Assembly (NCBI RefSeq): GCF_009914755.1
Contig: NC_060927.1
Length of the DNA: 64,000 bases
From: the human T2T-CHM13v2.0 reference genome, Homo sapiens
Reading direction: 5' to 3' (one strand)
The translations under genes and the position numbers were made by a program. This document shows, piece by piece, positions 31,731 through 41,550 of this stretch. Within the stretch, counting starts at the first letter, position 1; each line of letters starts with the position of its first letter. The notes under the pieces are model-generated. The model searched no databases and had not been told where the DNA came from. It saw only the letters and a program-made list of their open reading frames with translations.

Positions 31731-31899
31731 TCTAGGTATGGATCTCTGAGTTTATCCTACTTGGAATTCATTAAAGTTCTTGGATGTGGGGATTGTTTTT
31801 CATCCGATTTGTCAAGTTTTCAGCCACTATTTTTAAAAATATTCTTTCTGCTCCTTTTTCTCTTTCCTCCCTCTCTAGGACTCCCATATGTCAATGAAT

Positions 31900-32349
31900 T
31901 TTTATTGTAATTTTATCTATGTAAACATATGTAACTATCAAGATATAAATCACCCCTAGCCCCCAGAAGCTTCCCAGGGGACCCTTCCCATCAATCCACA
32001 CCACCCCCTGGCCCTGGAGGGTGACTTCTAACATTTATCATTATAGATTATTGCTATAGATTATTTTTGCCTATTTTTGAATGTTATACAACTTAAACCA
32101 CACAGAATGAACTCCTTTATGTCTGGCTTATTTAGCTCAACATTATGTTTGTGAGATTCATGTCTCTTATGACATGGAGCAAGAGAACATTTGTTTTTAT
32201 TGCTGTGTATCATTCTGTTGTATGAACATGTCACACTTTTGTTGATGAATATTTGGGTTGTTCCCAATTTTACCTGTTATGAATAAAATTGCTATAAACA
32301 CTCTTGTACATATATTTTGTGGACTCATGCAGTTATTTTTTCATATATA

Positions 32350-32408
<59 letters not shown>

Positions 32409-33450
32409 CTAGGAGTGTAAATTTTGGATTATAGGGTACTGCTAGTTTTCCAAAGTATTATTCCAATTTAAAGTCTCACTATCAACTTTTGAGGGTTCCA
32501 GTTCCTTCACATGCTTCTCAGCACTGAATAATGTCAATTTAAGTTTTTTAAAAAATTAATCAATTAATTAATTAGAGACAGGATCTCACTTGGTCACCCA
32601 GGCTGGAGTGCAGTGATTCTATCATAGCTCACCACAGCCTTGGCTCCCACCTCAGCCTCCTGAGTAGCTGTGACCACTGATTTGTGAGCTGTGACCATTG
32701 ATTTGTAGAAGCTTTTAATATATTCTGTATATGTATCTTTGGTTGGATACATGTATTACAAACATCTTCCTCTGGTCTGTAGCTTGTCTTTTCATTCTCT
32801 TTTTGGTATCTTCTTATAAATATCTTTTAATTTTAATGGAGTAAAATTCATCAATCTTTTCCTTTATGGTTACCTTTTTTGTTCGTTATTTAAGTAACTT
32901 TTGCCTGTCTCAAAGTTATAAAGTTATGCCTTTTTGAAACCTTTTATTTAAAGTAATTTTAGATTTACAGAAAAGTTGTAAAAAAAAAACAGAGAATTTA
33001 TGTATACTCTTCATCCAGCTTTCTCTAATTTTACTATCTTACATAACCATAGTACAGTTATCAGAATAATGAAAATATTCTTATTTTTCTTTTAGAAGCT
33101 TTATTATTTTGTCTTGTATTATTTTAAAAGTAAAATCAAGTCTATGACCCACATCAAATTAATTTTGCCTATGATGTGATACATGAGGGGATGAGATCTA
33201 TTTATTTTTGATATGGATATTCATGTGCTCCAGCAACATTCATTGAGAAGCACTTCATTTAGCTACTGAATCATTGGCCCCTTTGTTGAAAATTATGTGT
33301 GGGTCTGTTCATGGACTCTTTATTTTGTTTCATTAATCTATTTGGCTATTGCTAACTTATTTGTTGTAGCTTTACAGTAGATCTTAAAATCTGGAAGTGT
33401 AAGTCCTCCACTTTATTCTTCTACAAGATTTCTTGGGTATTTCTGGCTTA
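31900..33450 (-). mobile_element. Old L1 (L1ME-like) fragments containing (TG)n(TA)n and an Alu fragment
   Basis: Antisense L1ME-type text; microsatellite at 32343-32407; Alu piece at ~32570-32680. Confidence 0.65.
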
Positions 33451-33519
33451 ATCCCATTATAAGTGTCAGAAACAGATTTTCTTTGGTGAAACCAGTGAAT
33501 CATTAATCAACTTCATGAA

Positions 33520-34100
33520 TGTTAGAGGTGATTAAAACTGAAGAAATAAATTAATCTTCAAATTGAAAGGTCATACCAAGTGTGTAGCAGAACAAACCAC
33601 CACATAATAAAAACAAATCATAATTACATTCCAAGGACATGTCAAAATATGAAAGGATGAAGAAAAATTTATATTAGTTGCATGGGAAAAGAAACTATTT
33701 ATAAAGAAAGATTCTGATAAAAATTACAGTTCTCAGCAACAAAAGAGGGGCAATAGGTTAATTACACATTATTTTCAAAGTGCTAAGATCAAGTAACTCT
33801 GAACCTAGAATTCTATACCCAGCCAAATTGTCAATCAAAATTGAGAATGAACTATGTTTTTGCATATAAAAACTTTCCAAATTTTCCTATGTACAGATCT
33901 TCATAGAGTGACTAACAATACAAATTATAGAATTATATGAATTATATATTATAGAAATATAGAATCAAAATTTTAAAGGAAATTAAGAAAGAAATTGTGT
34001 AAGTCAAAATGCAACAGTGAACACAGTCATTAGTGAAAGCTGTTAGTAAGTCTAAATAAGTATGGGTTAAAAAATGATATAACAAGATCAAGGTAATATT
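33520..34100 (+). mobile_element. Ancient L1/HAL1 ORF1-region fragment
   Basis: AAATAAATTAATCTTCAAATTGAAAGG and CTAGAATTCTATACCCAGCCAAATTGTCAA; same family as 21580-22300. Confidence 0.65.
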
Positions 34101-34198
34101 CCCAACATTAATATAGGATGTTAATATAGGGGAAATATGAAAGGATAATTTTTAAATTGTGCTAAGAATATTGTATTCATGTAGGGAGAATATAGCTA

Positions 34199-34432
<234 letters not shown>

Positions 34433-35454
34433 GATGAATACTGACAGTAATGCGAACAACTCAACAAAAACCATGTATGGTAAGGGTGGTCTCAGACAAA
34501 ATATGATTCAAGGCAAGAACCATTCTGAAGAACCAAGGAAAGTGTATTGGGCAAGGTTCCCGTGTGGAACATTCAAGTGGTTAATTGAAGAACACTGAAT
34601 GTTAATGCATGGACTATTTTCAGAGGCCTGGGAAAAGGTAAGGAAAGCAAGAAGGAATGTCAAAGTCTGTGGACAATAAGGGGTCATGACCATTCTGGGC
34701 TGAACGGCAGGGAAGGCGCAATGTCATCAGCACCCAGAGGCAGCTGGGGCTCTCAGAGAGAAGTGACTGCTGCTGGTCATCTGAGACAATCAGTTGTGTT
34801 GTATACATTTTATAATGTCTACTTTGGGGCTTCTTGTGACCTTCTGGATAAGCAACTGGATTTTCTGGGTCCTGTTGATTGCATTAACGTGGGTATCCCC
34901 AGGTGGTGTGAGGATGAAATGAGCAAATGCGTGAGAGGTGCTCAGAACAGAACCTAGCACAGAGGAAGCTCCCCTTAAACGTTAGGGTATAGGGGTACTG
35001 GGAGCTGCATACCCGAATGACCGCACTCAAAGGAGCATGCACATTCAGAACATTTGACTTCTCTTCCTGTGGGATGGCCCAGTTGTTTAAGCTTCGGACC
35101 CAGCAAACGCAGGATCTGCCCCAGCTGAGCACACTGCTCTGCTTCTGATGAAAACTCTGCAATGGCTCGCGTTGCTCCCGGGACAGAGACCAACCTCTTT
35201 TGCCCCATCCACAAGGCCTTGGAAGGCGGAAGGCCTCCCCTCTGGCCCTGTGGGCCTCCTGTCTCCTCCCTCGTCAGCTCCACTCCCCCAGCACTGCTGG
35301 GGCCCATCCAGCGTGCAGACTCCACCGAAAGCTACCGCCTGCAGGACTCCTCCCCAATGCCTCCCATCCGAGAGGGGAACGTCTTCATACCCTGGTAACA
35401 CCTCTGCGCTGTTGGCGTAGCCCTCAATACAATTGAGTTCCACCTCATTTCTGG

Positions 35455-35590
35455 GATAAGCAGCTGACCCAATCAACCCCACCGGCGTCTACACCTCGGA
35501 AACTGATTGAGTCCTGGGACCTCTTCCGACCACCGCCAGGAGCCCAGGCCCCGCCCCGCGGCTGCGCGCATTCCCGTAAAAGCCCGGTGG
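35455..35590 (+). promoter_or_regulatory. PRR23E: CpG-rich proximal promoter of PRR23E
   Basis: Local CpG retention; E-box CAGCTG 35461-35466; CCAAT 35469-35473; GC box GGCCCCGCCCC 35547-35557; NRF1-like TGCGCGCA 35563-35570; upstream of a consensus splice donor. Confidence 0.7.
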
Positions 35591-35771
35591 ACTGCGCTCC
35601 TGGGCCGCTTGGAATCTGAGGCCTCCAGTGGTCTCCTGCCGCCACCTGGACCGGGGACAGTAACGCCTAGGGAGCCCCAAGACCTCTTGAGAGAGCATTT
35701 CAGCTCTGTTGACAAACCTCAACCACTTGAGGGACTTCGCTGGAAAGAAACGTTCTAGAAAGACCAAGTGG
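35590..35771 (+). other. PRR23E: Exon 1 of PRR23E/C3orf56 (5' end approximate)
   Basis: Perfect donor TGG|GTAAGT at 35771/35772; matching acceptor CCCACAG|AT at 39086/39087 with upstream pyrimidine tract and CTGAC branch-like site; fits the recalled ~5-kb two-exon gene. Confidence 0.7.
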
Positions 35772-36728
35772 GTAAGTAGCGAGAAAGAACAAAGTTAGCC
35801 TTATGGGATGGCTGAGGGGGTGGGGCGAGGGCCTGAGGACCTTCTCTGACACCATCCTCTCCGCACTCTCCCACCCAACTCCTGGCATCTCCCCTCTCCT
35901 CCTTCCCGCCCCTTCCCTGCTTCTCTTGCAGTTCAGCAGGCCTGAAAGTGTCCGCGTCGCACCCCACCCTATGAGACAGCTCTCTCCAGCCTGTTCCCTC
36001 AGCCCCAGCCCCTCCCCTAAAAGCCAAGCCCAGGACCCTCCTGCCTGCCCCCTCGCAGAATCATCCCTCCACCCGCTGCAGCTGCGAGGTGTGGGTAGAG
36101 GCCCAGATTAATGTGTTCTCTGTTCTGCCCAGCTCCCAGGCCCGCCCTAGGGGACCCAGATGAAGGCAGTCTGGCTGCTTCGGACAAGGAAATCGGGTTT
36201 TGAATTTGATAGCTGTTTACTCTTTACTTACTAAAGAGTAAACAACAAACCCAGCATGTTTTTCTCCATATCCTTTGAAAAGCCAGTATAGGGCTTTATT
36301 CTTTATCAAATTAATTGTAAAAATCAAAGTTCCATTTTTGTAATTTGATTTTTTTAAAAACATGGTGAAGTGGAACATTTTTACATGATTTTGTATAGCT
36401 TATTCTGTGGCTTGCTTGTGGTTGCCCTTGGGCGAGATTGTTGATAAGGTCTTATTTACCTGCCGTGGACTAGCAAGAGCTGTCTGTATCTGACATATGA
36501 TTAGCTCTGGTCTGCCACATGTTGGAGATATCGCCCTCTATTTTGTGGTTTGTCTTTTGATTTTGAACATGATAATTTTGTGGCATTTTTTTTAACCAGA
36601 TATTCAATTTTTAAATAGCCAGTTTTATCTGCCTGTATTTTCTTGTCTTGGTATCATGCACAAAGGGCCTTCTCCACCATATTAAGTTTTTGAGAAGCCA
36701 ACTAGGCATTTGTGCATGTTAACTCTTG

Positions 36729-36928
36729 CAGGGGTGTCCAATCTTTTGGCTTCCCTGGGCCACACTGGAAGAAGAATTGTCTTGGGCCACACATAAAATA
36801 CACTGACACTAAAGATAGCTGAAGAACTAAAAAAAAAAATCATTAAAAAATCCCGTAATGTTTTAAGTTTACGAATTTGTGTTGGGCCATATTCAAAGCC
36901 GTCCTGTGCCACAGGTTGGACTAGCTTG
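36729..36928 (+). mobile_element. MER30 hAT-Charlie DNA transposon
   Basis: CAGGGGTGTCCAATCTTTTGGCTTCCCTGGGCCACACTGGAAGAAGAATTGTCTTGGGCCACACATAAAATACAC...GGTTGGACTAGCTTG. Confidence 0.92.
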
Positions 36929-37140
36929 CTTTAGAGGATGATCTGAACTTGCAAGGATACGCGTATCACAGGCCAGAAGTACATACGATGTAGTGTGTTT
37001 TTCCAGAACTGATTTTCCATCTAGAGGCTACCTTTGGGCAGTTGAGGAAGAGGGATTTCCTCCTCAGTATGGGTAACCTTGGGCACTTGAGACTTTCTCA
37101 GTGCATTTCGGTTTCCTCCTGCCCCCTTTTCCAGGAGTTG

Positions 37141-38356
37141 GCTCCTGCAGTCTGGGGCCAGGGTGTCTTTGCCTCAAATTTCTGGGTGGGCCATTTGGTC
37201 AGTGGTCCACATCTATCCTACGGGCATCTCAGCTGGGCCTCCTCCTACTGGTCCTCAGCTTCTGTCCCTGCAGGCATCTATGAAACACTAAGCTCCTTTC
37301 TTGTCACTGGCTGTCATTGTGTGTCCTTCAGGTCCCTCAAGAAGATCCTCCCTGGGGCTACTGGCCTGTCCTCCACCCCAGGTCCTCTGCCCATTCGGGA
37401 GGAAATGAATGCTTCTTCAGCCACACAGGGCCCTCTGCCCTGACCTTGCCCACGTTTCCATCTCAGAGCATCAGGCCACACCTGAGCACCTCCCATGGTC
37501 CAGGACCCCAGCCAGGAGAAAGAGCGCTGGTGCTCTCTTCCCTTAAACCTGTCCTCCCGCGCTGTGGCAGAGAGGAGGGGGAGCACCACTGTCAGATCTC
37601 CAGTTTCCGCTGTAACTGTGTTTTGCCTGGGTGGAGGAGAGAAGAGATACACCAGACCCACTCAGCCCACACACACCTAACTATCCGGGAGTGGGTCCTT
37701 GGCACACACCAGTTGCTCAAGACAGAAACTTGAACATCTGCCTGGCACCTTCCTCTCCTTCTCCTTACATCCATTTGTCTTCCTTTCCCGGGCCGGTTTC
37801 TTCCATCTGTGGTCCACCCTCTGATCTAGAGAGGCTCCTGAAACACAAAGCTGGTAGAGCAGCTTCTCAAAGGCTCCCTGCCATGCTCGCCCTGAGAGTT
37901 CTGGCAGGCACTCCGGGGCACCTTCGTGATCTGACTTCTTGTCTCTGCCCCCAGGAAGTCCCTCCCTGCCCTCACTTGTACCCTAAAAGGTTTCCCAGTG
38001 TCCTCATCTGCTCAGCTCCTGACTCCAATGGGCAGCCTCCCTCTAGGCTCTGCCAAAAGGACTCTGGAGGCACCTGGCTGGTTTCTTTCTCATATAGCGT
38101 CCTCTTGTTCACCTGACTGGAGGTTGTGGGGTGTTTCCAGTCAGCTGTGCCTCAGTTTCTTCCATTCCATGCTGCCCCTGACCCCAGCCCTCAGGACCCC
38201 AGGGGTCCTGACCGCACCAGCCTCCGCTCCTTGATGCTGGGGCTGGGGGTGTCCTCTCCTGGCCACAGGACCTCTCCACCGTCTCTCTGTGCCTCATCCT
38301 TGTCACCTAAGACAGTCAAAGCATGTACTGCGCATCAGTTCTTATTTCAGAAACAG
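37141..38356 (+). pseudogene. Probable decayed PRR23A/B/C-like copy nested in the PRR23E intron
   Basis: Collinear motifs APAVWGQ, PAGIYETLSSFLVTGC / CVLQVPQED, APDPS, PPSLCASSLSP, CTAHQFLFQK vs recalled PRR23A PAPWWGQ, ALTSIVVLAAGCALRVPLDD, APNPS, PPSPCVGSPGP, CKARRRLFQ; frameshifted. Confidence 0.45.
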
Positions 38357-39181
38357 CTCCAAATTTCAAGGAGATTCCTCTGGGGGACCTTCGTTTTGGG
38401 GAAAAACACCTGGGGCTACCTGATGTGCCCTCTCCTGGATACTGGGCCTTTGATCATCTCTTCACTTCTTTCTCTTCCTTTCCATCATGTCCTCACTGTG
38501 TCAGGTGTGGGTGCTGAATATGCTGTTCACAACATTCCAGAACACTCCAGGAGAAACCTGACAGGCCTTGTGTTCAGACACTGCATCCTTTGGAGGAAAT
38601 GTTTTGGGAGGTCCTGCTTTGTGGGGCAAGCATCTGTCAAGGATGAAGTGCTCCGGGACCTGTCTGCCCCTTCAGCAGCCCCTGCACTGGGGTGGCCCCT
38701 GTGGATTTCTGGCTTTGCTGTTCCTTCATCTGTCAGCTTAGGGGCTTTGCTGAATCTTTAACTCTCCCTCCAGCAGGTCTCCAACAGACTTGGCCATCCA
38801 TACTCTCCAGTCTTTGGTCTCTGTGACTTGCATAGAGGGAAGCATGAGGAACTGAATTTGGAACTTGTTTTGATGTCCCTAGAAAATGCCTCACATGGCT
38901 GCTGTGCACCCCTCCCACTGCAGGGGCCACTCGTTCCTACCCAGGACACCTTGCTCCCCATCCTCCCTGGAGATGCCTTGATCTTGGCTCTTCTGTCACC
39001 TCACCCCCAGCTGTCCCCCTCCTCCCATCCCCTCCTGTGCGACCTGGTCTCCCTGCCCTCTGACTGGCTGTCTGCTCACCCCACAGATACCAGGAGCCCC
39101 GTGAGGTGCGTGTGGCCTCAGCTTGCAGAGGAGTGCACTTGCCAGACACTTCGGGGCTTTGAAGAGCACAGCTCATCTAAG

Positions 39182-39910
39182 ATGGGCACAGGTGCATCAG
39201 AGAAACAAGCAGAGCAGAAGGTCCGCCGTGCCTTCGAGGCCTCCGAGGAAGCCCACGGGACTCTGGCAGCCTCAACCCCCTGGGTGGCCATGGGCTCTGC
39301 CTATGGTTCCTGTACCTGCTTGGGAGCCCAGCCTGTAACTGACCTGGCCCTCTGGCCTGTCATCTACTCCTGCATGGGATTTTCCCCACAAGCTTACCCA
39401 GCCTTCTGGGCTTACCCGTGGGTGCTCTATGGTGGGTATCTCTGGATGGGTTATCCCCCTCCAGCTGCCTTGGTGCCTTCAGTGTGGCTGTATTGGAGGG
39501 GCGCCTCCAGCTTTGACCCCCTCATAGGAAGTCCGTATCTGGCTGCCTTGGCCCCCAACCTATTTCCTTTCCCCATGAAATTCCCACCCACCTACTCCTT
39601 GGCTTCTCCCACTCTGGGCGGGGCCACCTCCAGCCACTGTCCCCAGGTGGGATGCTGGACTCCAGCCAGCTCAGCCCCCAGGGCTGCCGTAGAGGGGCCA
39701 TCCAGAGGAGCTCCCTACTTGAAGACATGCAAAGCCCCTCCCTCAGAATGGGCCTCCAGGTTCGGTATTTGGGCACCTTTGCCCTGCTGCAGTTCAGAGC
39801 TCCGCCCTCTGCCCCCTTCCCCCATTGAAGATTCTCAGCTGGACCCGGGCTGCTCCCGCTCCTCCTCCCGGTCACCCTGCAGGGCCCGCCGCCGCCTCTT
39901 TGAGTGCTAA
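39182..39910 (+). CDS. PRR23E: Proline-rich protein 23E (C3orf56), 242 aa, PRR23/DUF2476-related
   Basis: ATG in strong context (AAGATGG) inside exon 2; 729-nt [19 protein letters not shown]...[12 protein letters not shown] recognised as C3orf56; PRR23-family C-terminal LRPLPPSP...CRARRRLF. Confidence 0.92.
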
Positions 39911-40224
39911 TCAGCCCTCTAGACCCAGACCCACCCAACAATCAGAGACATGTCTGGTGGAGCCCAGCCAGCTGTGGACTTTAAGTTTTTGGAAGAGTCT
40001 CAGATGTAGGTTGTTTACTATTCCTCAGTACAGAGTACACCTCCTGGACTCATGCAAGGCCCCTCTATTTGCTATTTCTCTTTACTTTCTTGTTTTTCTG
40101 TTTGCCCTTCAACCCTGATACTGGCACCTTTTCTCCTCCCCAGACTGTCCTGGGCCCGCCCTCTAGTAGATTTGCTGTGAGTCCTCAAACATGCATGCAT
40201 GCAACCTTGTAAAATGAGCTTATT

Positions 40225-40400
40225 TAAGCTCAATCCAACCTGTAGAAGCGCTCAGTTAGAATAGGCCTCCAGGTTTGGTATTTGGGCACCTGTGCCACCC
40301 TCCAGCCCAGGACTCTCTCTGCCCCTCCTCAGCAAAGACCCTCAGCAGGATCCCCGCATCCCTGGCCACCCTGTGGGGCCTGCTGCTGTCTCTTCCAGCA
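40225..40400 (+). pseudogene. Tandem decayed duplicate of the PRR23E C-terminal coding module in the 3'UTR
   Basis: 40264-40291 matches 39751-39778 at 27/28 nt; ends CCCTGTGGGGCCTGCTGCTGTCTCTTCCAG vs CCCTGCAGGGCCCGCCGCCGCCTCTTTGAG; TGG->TAG at 40262. Confidence 0.85.
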
Positions 40401-40625
40401 TTGGTGTGTCCTCCAGGGAACCACACACTCAAGCACTTTGGAACCCATGGAATCCAGTGAGCACGTGCTGTGGGCTCTGCCTAGAAGCTTCCAAAACCTG
40501 TTTGTTCCAGTGGACACAGAGTAGGAAATGCTGACTCGTTCAGAGCGCTAGTGCCCTTGGGTCCTTGCGGGTGTGCTCTTCTCACTCCTCACCCCATCAG
40601 CACCTTCTGGGGTAATGCACACACC

Positions 40626-40667
40626 AGTAAAATGTACAGTGCATGCTTTTAAAAATTTTTAAATAAA
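40626..40667 (+). terminator. PRR23E: Polyadenylation signals of PRR23E (AGTAAA 40626-40631; AATAAA 40662-40667)
   Basis: First canonical AATAAA after the stop codon, followed by T-rich downstream sequence. Confidence 0.6.
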
Positions 40668-40829
40668 TGATACTATGCTATAAATCATGTTTTCTCCAAT
40701 TTTTCATTCATTAGTTTAAGACCTAGCCATATCTGTATATATGTATAGTGTATTTTGCTTATTCAAATTTATTAGCGTGTTTTCCATACTATTTCTTGCT
40801 GTATTTCTTGTTATGTGCTGTATTCCATT

Positions 40830-41550
40830 TTTCTTTAAAATTTTATTGTGTATATTTGAGGTTTACAACGTGATGTTATGGGATACATACAGGTAGTAAA
40901 ATGGTTACCATAGTGAAGCCGACTAACATCTGTCATCTCACGGCTACTTTTTTTTGGTGACAAGAGGAGCTAAAATCTACTTATTTGACAAAAACCCCTA
41001 GTACAATGCCATTTCATTAGCTTTATTCCTCATGCTGTACCTTAGAGCTCTAGGCTTGCTCAGCCTATGTATATTTAGTATCCTTCGACTTACATATCCT
41101 GGTTTCCCCACTCCCAGCCCATGGGAACCACTGCTTCTTTCTCTATCTCTGTATTTTAGCTCTTTGTTCTGTTTTAATATTCCACATATAAGGGAAGCTG
41201 TGCAATTTTTTTTTCTGTGTCTGACTTATTTCATCATTCCCCATGCATGTTATGGCAAATGGCACGATCTCCTTTTTAAAGGCTAAATAATACTCTATAT
41301 CCATTATATATATATGGATATAATCATATTTTCTTTATCCATTCATCCATTGATAGGCATTTGGGTTGTTTCCATATCTTGGCTATTGTAAATAATGCTG
41401 CCATGAACATGGGAGTGCAGGTATCTTTATGAGGTGGTGATTTCATCTTTTTTGGGTACATACCCGGAAGAAGCATTGCTGGGTCATATGGTACTTCTAG
41501 GTTTAATTTCTTCAGGGACTTCTATATTGTTTTCTATAGTGGCTGTACCC
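40830..41550 (-). mobile_element. L1MA-type 3' end
   Basis: TTTTATTGTGTATATTTGAGGTTTACAACGTGATGTTATGGGATACATA...TTTCTTTATCCATTCATCCATTGATAGGCATTTGGGTTG. Confidence 0.88.

Noticed and set aside
38828-39086. 360-aa ORF starting at TTG 38828
   Set aside because: The 5' part lies in the intron (pyrimidine tract and acceptor at 39086); only 39087 onward is plausibly exonic
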